49,175 nt of DNA from a virus (Duplodnaviria; Caudoviricetes): IMG/VR virus record IMGVR_UViG_3300014208_000010, positions 1 to 49,175 of that record, one strand, 5' to 3'. The position numbers were made by a program, and so were the translations under genes. The notes beneath the pieces were generated by a model, which worked only from the letters and a program-made list of their open reading frames with translations, did not search any database and was not told where the DNA came from. Of the stretch, positions 18,197 to 27,643 are shown piece after piece (position 1 is the stretch's first letter; each line of letters opens with the position of its first letter).

Positions 18197-18202
18197 ATTC
18201 TT

Positions 18203-18282
18203 AATATACAACAAAAATAAAAAAATACAATTTAGTTATCCACAAGTCTTTGTTTGTCGTATTTCAATTTGTATTTTATAAT
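18203..18282. promoter_or_regulatory. Divergent promoters around a DnaA box
   Basis: Minus strand: TTGTAT 18230-18225, 16 bp, TATATT 18208-18203. TTATCCACA 18236-18244. Plus strand: TTGTCG 18254-18259, 17 bp, TATAAT 18277-18282. Confidence 0.7.
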
Positions 18283-18289
18283 AAAGACA

Positions 18290-18515
18290 GCAAGTAGGAA
18301 CACCAGATAAGAAAAGGCGTAACCCCTTCAAATACTAATGGTTCTTAATGATGTTCCGACCTTAAAATCTATTTCCAGTTTAGTGAACTGGTAAAGCTCT
18401 GGATAAGGGCGTCCGCAAGGGCAATCACTCCTCATAAAATCCGCGTTTGCAACGTGGTCAGGCGAAAGCCAAATAGCGTGAGGCAACGACAACGTTGCCT
18501 TTTTGCACGTTGTCA
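18290..18515 (+). ncRNA. Highly structured 5' leader or ncRNA of the capsid operon
   Basis: Stems GGAACA/TGTTCC, TAAGAA/TTCTTA, AAGG/CCTT, CCAGTT/AACTGG, GCTCT/AGGGC, GTCC-GCAA-GGGC; GCAACGTG/CACGTTGT encloses GGC-GAAA-GCC and AGGCAACG/CGTTGCCT. Confidence 0.65.
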
Positions 18516-18542
18516 AAACTTTATTAAACTCACTTACATATT

Positions 18543-19340
18543 ATGATAAAAAGAATTTCAGGCGACTCCGAAGTTCTCCCGTTGAAAAAGAAAGCGTCAG
18601 AAGCGTTTTCTATTGGCGACGTGGTAACAAAGGACTCGTCCGGTTATATTACCAAAGCTACGGCTTTGACTCCTCGTTCAGAAATTATCGGACTCATTAT
18701 GAAAGATGTCGCGTCTACGGACGACGACTATGCAGATAATTCAGTTGTTGAAATTGAAGTCCCTTGCGAAAATACCATTTATGAGTTCCCCGTTGGAACT
18801 GGTACTGCTGTTCAAGCAATGGTCGGAAAGAAATTTGACCTCAAAGATGAGGACGAATTGGACGTGAACGCCCAAATCACGAAAGCGGTTGAAATTACCT
18901 TGGTACTTTCTACCTCTATCGTTCGCGGAAAATTCCGTATTCACGATAGCGAAAAAGCTCGTTACGTAACCTATCAGCAAGCAATCGCCTTTGGTGATTT
19001 CACTGACGGTACTTCAACGTCTGGTACTCTCGCTCTCACTACCTCAATTCCGGCTGGTGCTGTATTCGTACAGTCCATTATCACCTCTATCGTTGGGTTC
19101 ACTGGTGATACTTCTGCTGTAATCATAATCGGCGACGGTACTGATACTGACCGTTATATGACTGGTACTCCCTCGGTCTTTACGACTGCGACTGCTGGTG
19201 TAGACCTCGGAGTTCCCTCTGGCACGAAGTGGCACACGGACGCAAAGACTCCAACAGTTACTATCACTTCCGGCTCTGATTGGGGCGCGGTTGTGGCAGG
19301 GTCGGCTTTAATCACCCTTATATGGATTGAAGTTGACTAA
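18543..19340 (+). CDS. Probable capsid cement/decoration protein (two domains)
   Basis: Precedes the MCP; N-terminal FSIGDVV...G.I.KA beta-type domain; C-terminal IPAGAV...IGDGTDTDRY domain. Confidence 0.6.
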   Translation: MIKRISGDSEVLPLKKKASEAFSIGDVVTKDSSGYITKATALTPRSEIIGLIMKDVASTDDDYADNSVVEIEVPCENTIYEFPVGTGTAVQAMVGKKFDLKDEDELDVNAQITKAVEITLVLSTSIVRGKFRIHDSEKARYVTYQQAIAFGDFTDGTSTSGTLALTTSIPAGAVFVQSIITSIVGFTGDTSAVIIIGDGTDTDRYMTGTPSVFTTATAGVDLGVPSGTKWHTDAKTPTVTITSGSDWGAVVAGSALITLIWIEVD

Positions 19341-19397
19341 ATGAGATTTGACTAACGACCATTAGTCATTTCCATTATTCACTTTAACAAAAATTTT

Positions 19398-20408
19398 ATG
19401 TTGATCACTACAATGTCAGTTCCGGCAATTCAGTCCCTTGTTAAGAAATCCTTTGTAATGGAAACATTGCAAAAAGCCCCGGGTGATGTAAGAAAACTTT
19501 TCCACAAAGAAACACAGAGCTGGGAAAGTGATACGAAACGTATTTACGAACTTGATCGTGAACGTTTCGCCGAAAGAAAAGTGCAAGGACAAGCGTCCGC
19601 ACAGCGTGGTATTGCGCAAGGTTACTACAAAGATATTGTGCGAAACACAATTTCTATCACTCGCGTAGTTTCCGGCGAAGCGTACCAAGCTCTCTCTGCT
19701 CACAAACTCGCGGAATACGCGACACAGACCGCTCGCGACGTCGTTGACAAAATTGAGTTGGATATGAGGAACTTCCTCGGTTACTCCACGGGAGCAACCT
19801 CTTACGTGGACAATGGTGGTTTCACTATTGATCTCACCGTAGGCGACGGAAATTCTGTCTTTGATACCACACACGATTTGAAGAACTCAACGACCACCTA
19901 TTCCAACATTCTTTCCGGTGCGCCGTCCCTTTCTCCTACCGCTTTGGAGGGAGCAGAGGATTACTTCTCATACAATGTCTATGACAACTACGGTCAGAAC
20001 ATTGAAATGACTCCGAATACCCTCATTACCTCACGCAAGGCGATTATGCAGAACAGAGTAGACCGCCTCTTTGGTTCAGTTTCACCGGAAACCATTGACG
20101 GAACAGCGAACGCGAATAGTGGAGTAAAGAACTCGTATCGTAACAAATATACCCACCTCACGATTGATTTTGATAAGACCGCCCTCAATGTTACGGACTC
20201 CTCTCTCTCGTATTACTGGTTCTTGGCTTCTCTTGGTGGAATGCCGGAGGAAAGTTTCCAAGCATACTACGTATCTTGGCTCTCTCCACAGGTTGCCACC
20301 CCGGAAGTTAATCAGGACAAATGGATTATGTCCTACACCGCACGCGCTTGTAATGGACTCGGAGCGGTATCTGGTAAAGGAATACTCGTGGCAAAAGCGA
20401 CTTCCTAA
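19398..20408 (+). CDS. Probable major capsid protein (HK97 fold)
   Basis: 336 aa; position; DGNSVFDTTH and IEMTPNTLITS segments resemble Mu-like capsid proteins. Confidence 0.72.
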   Translation: MLITTMSVPAIQSLVKKSFVMETLQKAPGDVRKLFHKETQSWESDTKRIYELDRERFAERKVQGQASAQRGIAQGYYKDIVRNTISITRVVSGEAYQALSAHKLAEYATQTARDVVDKIELDMRNFLGYSTGATSYVDNGGFTIDLTVGDGNSVFDTTHDLKNSTTTYSNILSGAPSLSPTALEGAEDYFSYNVYDNYGQNIEMTPNTLITSRKAIMQNRVDRLFGSVSPETIDGTANANSGVKNSYRNKYTHLTIDFDKTALNVTDSSLSYYWFLASLGGMPEESFQAYYVSWLSPQVATPEVNQDKWIMSYTARACNGLGAVSGKGILVAKATS

Positions 20409-20412
20409 ACCA

Positions 20413-20468
20413 CAGTTAAGCCCTCTCTTTGCCTCTCAAATTGGGAGGCAAGACAGAGGGCTAAACTG
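20413..20468 (+). terminator. Long hairpin after the MCP
   Basis: AGCCCTCT..TTGCCTCTCAA-A-TTGGGAGGCAA..AGAGGGCT. Confidence 0.6.
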
Positions 20469-20495
20469 GAATTTAATAACCAATAATTTAATTTT

Positions 20496-20801
20496 ATGGA
20501 CAAAGAATTTACATACCCGAATATCGCTGACGGTATCAAAGCCGTTACCACAGCAGGAACGGCTGTCGCTCTCGTAACCGCTTCCACTCTCTGCCGTATG
20601 GTAATAATCCAAGCACGCCCGGAGAACACCGGAGTAATCGTGGTTGGAGCTTCTACCGTGGTTGCGTCGCAAACCACTCGTAGAGGTATCGCCCTCGTTC
20701 CGGGACAGTTTGTTACACTTCGCGTAACCGACCTCGCAAACCTTTACCTTGACTCCACTGTCAGTGGGGAGGGAGTATCGTTCGTGTACTTTAATAACTA
20801 A
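20496..20801 (+). CDS. Small beta-rich virion protein, paralog 1
   Basis: Clear paralog of 21420..21716. Confidence 0.75.
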   Translation: MDKEFTYPNIADGIKAVTTAGTAVALVTASTLCRMVIIQARPENTGVIVVGASTVVASQTTRRGIALVPGQFVTLRVTDLANLYLDSTVSGEGVSFVYFNN

Positions 20802-20814
20802 TCCTCCTTATTAT

Positions 20815-21351
20815 ATGGAAAATGCAAAAAAATTCGGAGGCATTGGACTTGGACTCGGTGCGATTATCGGTGTCATAATGACATTTGGTAATGCCAGTGT
20901 CGCCAGTGTAGATATTTTCCGAAAGGACGCTTCAAACGTTGTCAGGGTTTTCCCTACGACTTTGGAACTGAATTTCGGAACAAGTAAAGTTTCGCTTGGT
21001 CTTACCACACTTGGTGGTGGAACATTCGCAACGACCTCGGCTGGTACAGTAACTTATCTTGCGTCGTCTTTCAATAAAGGTGTTATTGAACACACGGCAA
21101 GCTCGGCTGTTACTGCCTCGCTCTCGGCTTCAAGTACTCTCTCCGAACAAATCCCTAACTCGGGCGACTCAATGACGCGTTATATTCACGCGATAACGAG
21201 TAATATCACCCTTGCTGGTGGAACAGGAACGGACTTAAATACAGCTTCTTCTACAAAAGTAATTCTCGCTGGAAAAACTGCACGACTTGACTTCATCAGA
21301 AAAGCGGATACTGATATTGAGGTACTTTTAACCTTACCATCTGGTAACTAG
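20815..21351 (+). CDS. S/T-rich fibre-like protein with N-terminal signal peptide
   Basis: ATG 20815: MENAKKFGGIGLGLGAIIGVIMTFGNASVA. Confidence 0.7.
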   Translation: MENAKKFGGIGLGLGAIIGVIMTFGNASVASVDIFRKDASNVVRVFPTTLELNFGTSKVSLGLTTLGGGTFATTSAGTVTYLASSFNKGVIEHTASSAVTASLSASSTLSEQIPNSGDSMTRYIHAITSNITLAGGTGTDLNTASSTKVILAGKTARLDFIRKADTDIEVLLTLPSGN

Positions 21352-21359
21352 CTTTCTGG

Positions 21360-21388
21360 CTCTGCCTCTTTTGTCGTTAGGGGCAGGG
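21360..21388 (+). promoter_or_regulatory. Intergenic hairpin carrying TTTTGTCGTTAG across its loop
   Basis: CTCTGCCTCT/AGGGGCAGGG. Confidence 0.5.
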
Positions 21389-21419
21389 ACGAGAACACTA
21401 TTATTTAATAATAAAATAT

Positions 21420-21716
21420 ATGGAAACATCATACGCAAATATAAGGGACGGACGAAAAGTTGTCGCAACTGCTGGAACGGCAGAGCGACTTGTTGCGTCA
21501 AATACGAGTTGTCGGAAAGTGGAGATAACCGCTCTCGCGGAAAATACCGGATATGTCGTTGTCGGCGACAGTACGGTTGTTGCGTCCGCCGGGACACGCC
21601 GTGGACTTCCTATATCGTCTGGTACGACCCTTACCGTATACGTGGAAGACCTATACACTCTTTTTCTTGACGTGGAAACCGCAGGAGAGGGAGTTTCGTT
21701 TATTTACTATTTCTAA
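21420..21716 (+). CDS. Small beta-rich virion protein, paralog 2
   Basis: Shared pattern YxNIxDG..TAGTA..ENTG.VVG.STVVAS..TRRG..GEGVSF. Confidence 0.75.
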   Translation: METSYANIRDGRKVVATAGTAERLVASNTSCRKVEITALAENTGYVVVGDSTVVASAGTRRGLPISSGTTLTVYVEDLYTLFLDVETAGEGVSFIYYF

Positions 21717-21720
21717 CATT

Positions 21721-22944
21721 ATGACAAAACAAAATTTCAATAGGGCATTGGCAGGTGCTTTCCTCGCAGGAGGAATACTCTTGTCTATCATTGCGGTTTT
21801 CCTCGTGAACTTCGCTCACGCGGAGGTTTCCGGTCAAACCCTTTTCAGAATGTTGGGAAATGTAGTATCTCCAATTAACCAAACAACTAAAATGGGTATT
21901 GGTACAACGACGCCAAACGCAAAACTTACCGTGCAAGGAACATCGGGAAGTACAAACGATATTATAAATATCGCTTCTTCCACTGGTTCAAGTTTATTCA
22001 AAGTAGCTTATGACGGAACGGTAACAATGCCGGGATTTTCCGTATCGGCTATCACTGGATTAAAACAAACTTACGGTACGGCACAAACAGGTGTTACTCA
22101 AACCCTCGCGACATCAACCGCCGACACAAACCTTGGAATGACAATTACTACGGGAACAAACTCACACATCTTCACTCCTTACTGGATAGGAACACTCGCT
22201 GACGCGCGTATTGCTTCGGCTTCTACTTGGAGTGCTAAACAAGACGCTATCGGGTATACCGCAATGAATAAAGCGACAACCACACTTGATATTCAGAGAA
22301 TGAGCGTGTCTTTATCTTCTTCAACCCAACAAACAATTTCAGATATTTTATGGCTTGGAAACGGAACAGTAAATACTCCCTCATTAAATATAGGTAATAC
22401 AGGTTTATACCTTGCGTCTTCCGGTAAACTGGGAATTACAAATGGAACAAGTGGTTTAACTTGGGACGGTACAATGTTTTATCCAAATACCACGAACGCA
22501 CGAAATCTTGGTGGAACTTCAAATCTATGGAACAACGCATACATAAATTACGCGTCAACCACTCAAATAACTTCTGGTTCGTTTATCGCTACAAGTACCA
22601 CGCAGGTATCCTCTTTCAAAGGCGTTAAGACAGGTACGGCGGTGGTAACGGACGCTTCCACTATAACTGTTGACTGGGCGCTTGGGTCAACGCAGGAGGT
22701 CGTTTTAGGGGCAACTGGACGTACTCTCGCTTTCTCAAATGTTTCTCCCGGTGCGACACTTAAACTCTGGGTATGGCAAGACATAACAGGTTCGCGAACA
22801 ATTACAACTTATCCAACAGGTGTTCACTGGGCAGGTGGAACAGCGCCAACTTTGACAACAACAGGAGGAAAATTTGATATGCTCGTATTTACAACTGCTT
22901 CGTCAACAACACAATTCTCGGCAGGTGCTTCGTTAAACTATTAA
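21721..22944 (+). CDS. Tail-fibre/adhesin-like protein with Sec signal peptide
   Basis: ATG 21721: MTKQNFNRALAGAFLAGGILLSIIAVFLVNFAHA; MGIGTTTPNAKLTVQG; INYASTT; C-terminal QDITGSRTIT...WAGGTAPTLTTT. Confidence 0.75.
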   Translation: MTKQNFNRALAGAFLAGGILLSIIAVFLVNFAHAEVSGQTLFRMLGNVVSPINQTTKMGIGTTTPNAKLTVQGTSGSTNDIINIASSTGSSLFKVAYDGTVTMPGFSVSAITGLKQTYGTAQTGVTQTLATSTADTNLGMTITTGTNSHIFTPYWIGTLADARIASASTWSAKQDAIGYTAMNKATTTLDIQRMSVSLSSSTQQTISDILWLGNGTVNTPSLNIGNTGLYLASSGKLGITNGTSGLTWDGTMFYPNTTNARNLGGTSNLWNNAYINYASTTQITSGSFIATSTTQVSSFKGVKTGTAVVTDASTITVDWALGSTQEVVLGATGRTLAFSNVSPGATLKLWVWQDITGSRTITTYPTGVHWAGGTAPTLTTTGGKFDMLVFTTASSTTQFSAGASLNY

Positions 22945-22948
22945 AATT

Positions 22949-23920
22949 ATGAAAAATCTCCTTAAAAAAATTGGAGTTCTCACGGCAACGATACTTATGG
23001 TTTCGTTGCCTTTGAGTGCGTTGGCTCTTAACGCTGATTACGTCATTGTCGCAGGAGGAGGTGGTGGTGGAGGTTCAAAGGCAGGAAGTAGTTCTAGCGG
23101 TAGAGTTTCCGGTGGCGGAGGCGCAGGTTCTATGTTGACAGGAACAACGGCAATTACAGCACAGGCGTATACCATAGTTGTAGGAAACCTTGGAGGTGGT
23201 GGGGGCGGTGCAACACCCTCAAATGGAACAGCCGGAGGAAACTCAACAGCTCTTGGTTTGACGGCTACTGGCGGTGCAGGCGGGGCAAGAGTTGATAATT
23301 TTGGTGCTTACGACGGTTCTAACGGTGGTTCGGGAGGAGGTGGAAGTGCTTGTGGTGATTGCCACGGATACGGAGGAACGGGTACGACAGGCGGAAACAA
23401 CGGAGGCGATGGAACACAAGTTAGTAATACGGCAGGTGGAGGCGGAGGCGGAGCAGGAGCTGTCGGAGTAACTTCAAACGGAACGACAAGACCGGACGGA
23501 GGAGCTGGAATAGCGACCTCAATTACCGGGACAGAAACGTATTATTCTGGTGGGGGTGGTGGTGCTTGGGGTGGGGGTACGTCAAATGGTGGAGTAGGTG
23601 GTTCTTCCATTGGAGGAACAGGGGCGTATTATTCGGGTGGTGATGGAATGGCTGGGGGTAACGCCACAGCAGGACGAGGGAGCGGAGGAGGTGGTTCAAT
23701 CGCTTGGTCTTATGGTCAATACGCCGGAGGCAATGGTTCAAAGGGTGTCGTTATTATCGCTTATACAACCGCAGAGTGGGAGGGTCATACAGGAGGAAAT
23801 GAAACTGGTACGAATGGTGCAAAAACTTGGGTAAAATTTACGGCTGACGGAACTCTCACAATGGAGGGTTTAAGTACGACTGATAATGGGTTAATGGCTG
23901 TAATTGGCTCTGCCTTATAA
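22949..23920 (+). CDS. Glycine-rich (polyglycine-sandwich-type) fibre protein with Sec signal peptide
   Basis: MKNLLKKIGVLTATILMVSLPLSALA; YVIVAGGGGGG ... GGNGSKGVVIIAY. Confidence 0.8.
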   Translation: MKNLLKKIGVLTATILMVSLPLSALALNADYVIVAGGGGGGGSKAGSSSSGRVSGGGGAGSMLTGTTAITAQAYTIVVGNLGGGGGGATPSNGTAGGNSTALGLTATGGAGGARVDNFGAYDGSNGGSGGGGSACGDCHGYGGTGTTGGNNGGDGTQVSNTAGGGGGGAGAVGVTSNGTTRPDGGAGIATSITGTETYYSGGGGGAWGGGTSNGGVGGSSIGGTGAYYSGGDGMAGGNATAGRGSGGGGSIAWSYGQYAGGNGSKGVVIIAYTTAEWEGHTGGNETGTNGAKTWVKFTADGTLTMEGLSTTDNGLMAVIGSAL

Positions 23921-23924
23921 TTTT

Positions 23925-24215
23925 ATGGCAAAAGAAACTATCAAAAAATTATCAGGTATCGGAATTATCACCACAATTTCTGTTGGTAGTATTCTATCTT
24001 TTTGGTATTTTGACCGTATGGGGGTACAGGCACAAATTGAAACCATTAAAACCGAACAAACAAAAAATGACGGAACACAAGACAAAGCAATTATTCTCGC
24101 AGACAAAGAACTTTCGGAAAGAGTGAGAACACTTGAAACAATACTTCCTGTTCTTCAAGACGATATTCGGGTAATAAAAAGTGATGTGAAGGAAATCTTA
24201 AAAACTGTAAAATAA
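23925..24215 (+). CDS. Single-TM coiled-coil protein
   Basis: N-terminal TM, then LSERVRTLE...IKSDVKEIL. Confidence 0.65.
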   Translation: MAKETIKKLSGIGIITTISVGSILSFWYFDRMGVQAQIETIKTEQTKNDGTQDKAIILADKELSERVRTLETILPVLQDDIRVIKSDVKEILKTVK

Positions 24216-24219
24216 AAAT

Positions 24220-24303
24220 ATGATAGACAAACTATCTCCCAGAAAAAGAGGATTACCAAAAGGTACAAAATTACCGCCTATTTCCGAAGAAATACGAATG
24301 TAA
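24220..24303 (+). pseudogene. Possible remnant of a NUMOD3-type endonuclease N-terminus
   Basis: MIDKLSPRKRGLPKGTKLPPISEEIRM* (27 aa). Confidence 0.3.
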
Positions 24304-24347
24304 TTGTAAGAAACACACTAAAATTATCAAATATAATCTATAAAGAT

Positions 24348-25802
24348 ATGTCAATCCCAATTTCACAAGAGATAAGCGACATCAAAGGAGAATTTGAGGG
24401 GGGTGTTTCTCTCTCTGTTGACTTCTATGCAATTTTACGGAGAGCGCAAAATAATGTTTTGGATAACGTTAATCCCGAAACTCTTAAAAGACGTGTAGCT
24501 ATTTACGGTGGAATAATTGGAGGTATACAAATTTATTATTGCCCGGCAGACCTTAAAGTACCTTGTGATATTTACGAAAACAACGGACGTTTTGGAAACA
24601 GTCAAGTATCTTCCGGTGTATTTCATTACGTTCCCTCAAAAGAATTTTACTCCAAACAAGAATACGATAAATACACCATTGAATATATCAACGGTGTACG
24701 TTTTTTGGTTATACGACACTCAAAGACGGAACAAAGTACAACCATAGAGGAAATGGAGGCGGTAGCAGGTATCACAAGCGACCAGACACTCTCATTGAAT
24801 GAACACGACTTTATTTATGGTTCTGCTTCACTCCAACGTTCTTTTTCCGCAGAAAGTGGCACAGCTTTTACTGTTGACGCGAGTACAGATTTTCTTACAT
24901 CATCGGCACACGGTTTACTGAACGGAGAAAGAGTTATGGTTTTTTCTTCCACAACGCTTCCGACAGGAATTTCGGCACGGACTGTTTATTTTGTAGTAAA
25001 CAAGACAGCCGACACATTTCAACTCTCTCTCACCAGTGGAGGAACGGCAATAGACCTCACTGATACTGGAACAGGGACTCACAAATGGCACGTTGCGACA
25101 CAAAACGAAGTGAGCAAAACTATCACGGCGATAGATATTTCGGACTATCTCAATGGTGCGGTTCTTTTCCCGACTGTGTTCACAAACGCTTTTAATATAA
25201 ACCGCGTAGAATTTGTTTTGGAAACCGATACGGAAAATTACTACACATTGACCTCCACCGCCGACAGTATCGGGGACAATTTCATTGACGGACAAAATAT
25301 AATCCGTTTCGGAATGGCTGGTGTAACCACGACAGGAACTCCAACGAATACAAATATCACAAAATGGCGATTACGTGTTGTCTTAAAAGACGGGGCAACG
25401 GCACAAATTGTTGTATTGGATAAACTCACTATCCAAAAATCGGCACATTATCTTTTAGAATACTATTCAAACCGAATGTTTATTGACGGAACGACAGGAG
25501 CTTGGAAAGATACTCCGGTTGCTGGCGACAGTATCAATTTGGATCGGGACGCGAGAGGAATTATTCACTATGAAGCGGTAATCCTTATCGGGCAAAATTC
25601 AACATATATTAGTTTAAGCGCCCAAGATTTACAGAATTTTTCTGACCAACTTCGCCGAAAATACACATCTTATAACGAAGACCACCCCTCATCAGCCGAG
25701 CCAATTTCTTATAACCAAGAAAGACCACAATCTTATGACGCAGGAGGTGGAATGAATTTTGGAAGTGAGCAATTAAATATAGAGGTTCAACCATATCCTT
25801 AA
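24348..25802 (+). CDS. Probable head-tail adaptor/tail protein with inserted beta domains
   Basis: Position; internal SAHGLLNGERV...YFVVNKTADTFQLS domain of a type common in virion proteins. Confidence 0.6.
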   Translation: MSIPISQEISDIKGEFEGGVSLSVDFYAILRRAQNNVLDNVNPETLKRRVAIYGGIIGGIQIYYCPADLKVPCDIYENNGRFGNSQVSSGVFHYVPSKEFYSKQEYDKYTIEYINGVRFLVIRHSKTEQSTTIEEMEAVAGITSDQTLSLNEHDFIYGSASLQRSFSAESGTAFTVDASTDFLTSSAHGLLNGERVMVFSSTTLPTGISARTVYFVVNKTADTFQLSLTSGGTAIDLTDTGTGTHKWHVATQNEVSKTITAIDISDYLNGAVLFPTVFTNAFNINRVEFVLETDTENYYTLTSTADSIGDNFIDGQNIIRFGMAGVTTTGTPTNTNITKWRLRVVLKDGATAQIVVLDKLTIQKSAHYLLEYYSNRMFIDGTTGAWKDTPVAGDSINLDRDARGIIHYEAVILIGQNSTYISLSAQDLQNFSDQLRRKYTSYNEDHPSSAEPISYNQERPQSYDAGGGMNFGSEQLNIEVQPYP

Positions 25803-25806
25803 ATTT

Positions 25807-27609
25807 ATGACAGTAGATAAATACAAAGGTTATTTAGAGGGAGTGGACATTACAAGCGTCCCAAAAGAGTATCTTACTTACCCAAGTAGAGATGTTTTTT
25901 GCTACAAAGGAAAAGTCGTTACTCGCGGAGGACTAAAAAATGACGGCACAGCAAAGACTGAAAACACAGCTATTCATAGTGAATACACGTGGAAAGGAGC
26001 GCCGGGTGGAGCGAAATCCCTCCGTGTGTGGGGAACGACACTCCAAGTAAAATACGGTGGAATTTGGATAACTCTTTTTACTGGATTTACCGCAGGGACG
26101 ACAAGCGTTCGCTTTGCCCCTTGGGTTGACACGAATGGAAGTATCATAAAACAACGTTTAATGATGATTGACGGTTCAGACAAAATCTTTGAATGGAACG
26201 GAACTATCGTTACCGTTGCCTCATATATTGGCGATACAATCACAATTTCGGGAAGTTCAACGCTTCTTGCACTGGGTTTTGACCCGGGAAATGCTACCGC
26301 GCAAGATGTTCGTGTGGTTTCTATTACCGCAAACGTGGTTACTGGCATTGTAGCTTACGCACACGATAGCACTTGTTCGGCTCTTACTTTACACCTCACA
26401 ACAACCCCAAGTCCTGTTCCCGTAGCAGGGGATTATGTAATGAGTTCGGTAAAAGAACGCACATTACTTACTGGGTTTAATAAGGAAGAAATTTTCACAT
26501 ATCGTAACCAAGTTTATGTAGGAAACCTATCATCGGGGCGTATTTATTACTCTCACGGTGCAACATACGCGGACGACACAGGTATTCTTTTTACTATTCC
26601 CGGGACAAAAACATCTATCACCGCAGGACTTTTGGATTTGGACGGAAACCTTACCGCAATGGCGAGTCGTAAAAATGTTTTGTGGATTTCTACGGTTGAC
26701 GACTGGTTCAAAATTACAAAGGGTGCGGAAGCTAATGAATTTGGATATTGGACTAATATAGAAAAATTTGAACAAAGTGCGAGAAGTGGTGCATTGCCTC
26801 ACGCTGTGGCAAATCACAAAGGCGATATTGTTTTTGTTGGACAGAATAAATATATTTATCGTATCGTAACCATTGAACTTACCGGAATAGACGATATTCG
26901 TTTGGAAAGTGATGATATAGAGGGTTTGCTCTTGCGTTTGGACGAAACCAAGGTGAGAGTATATTACGACGAACGATATATTTTTATTCTCTATCCTTTG
27001 GAAAACACACTGGTAGTTTACGATATAATTGCAGGAGAATGGCAATCACCAATGACTATTCCAATGAACTGTATGAGCGTCATAGACGGTATTCGGTATG
27101 GACATTCAAGTTCTTGCAATGAAACCTTTGAACTCTTTTCAGGACGAAATGACCTTGGTGTGAAAATTTCCGCAGTAATCGCGCCGGGGTATATCACAGG
27201 AACAAATCCTTTCAAATACCAAAAAGGGTCTACATTCGGTATGCACGCACGTGGTACGGACACCACAGAGGTTACTTTAACGCATTATTGGGAAGAAAAC
27301 GGCTCAAAGGGAACAAATGAGGTGAATTTTAGCGTAGCGAACATTAAAAAGTATGGAGTATCAGATGATGTTTCTTTCGGATCACAACCTTTTGCGACAC
27401 GCTCATTGGCTGGTGTAGAGGACTCCGGCGACGATGTACTTAATCCTTTCTTTGTTTTTGACAAACCGCCGTTTGCGTCTTGGTTTAATTACCGACCTGT
27501 TTGGACTATAACAGGGGAAGAGTGCGAATTTCATTTAATTGCGTGGACAATAGACAGCGAAAATTCAGATATTAAAATCGGTGGAGATTTATTTATCCCC
27601 AAAGGATAA
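25807..27609 (+). CDS. Probable tail nozzle/stabilisation protein (beta-propeller, P22 gp10-like)
   Basis: 600-aa beta-rich protein; GKVVTRGG start, RIYYS, DIVFVG. Confidence 0.65.
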   Translation: MTVDKYKGYLEGVDITSVPKEYLTYPSRDVFCYKGKVVTRGGLKNDGTAKTENTAIHSEYTWKGAPGGAKSLRVWGTTLQVKYGGIWITLFTGFTAGTTSVRFAPWVDTNGSIIKQRLMMIDGSDKIFEWNGTIVTVASYIGDTITISGSSTLLALGFDPGNATAQDVRVVSITANVVTGIVAYAHDSTCSALTLHLTTTPSPVPVAGDYVMSSVKERTLLTGFNKEEIFTYRNQVYVGNLSSGRIYYSHGATYADDTGILFTIPGTKTSITAGLLDLDGNLTAMASRKNVLWISTVDDWFKITKGAEANEFGYWTNIEKFEQSARSGALPHAVANHKGDIVFVGQNKYIYRIVTIELTGIDDIRLESDDIEGLLLRLDETKVRVYYDERYIFILYPLENTLVVYDIIAGEWQSPMTIPMNCMSVIDGIRYGHSSSCNETFELFSGRNDLGVKISAVIAPGYITGTNPFKYQKGSTFGMHARGTDTTEVTLTHYWEENGSKGTNEVNFSVANIKKYGVSDDVSFGSQPFATRSLAGVEDSGDDVLNPFFVFDKPPFASWFNYRPVWTITGEECEFHLIAWTIDSENSDIKIGGDLFIPKG

Positions 27610-27643
27610 AAACAAAAACAATTATTCGTGTTAAAATAAATAT

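Noticed and set aside
18283-18542. Group I intron or tmRNA associated with the adjacent HNH gene
   Set aside because: Flanking genes are not interrupted; I could not identify a P7 core or tRNA-like ends
2491-19506. Imperfect DnaA-like 9-mers inside genes (2491, 9341, 19498)
   Set aside because: Single mismatches to TTATCCACA in coding sequence with no linked promoter; compatible with chance
23041-23760. Glycine codon runs as DNA repeats
   Set aside because: Explained by the polyglycine protein domain; synonymous codons vary
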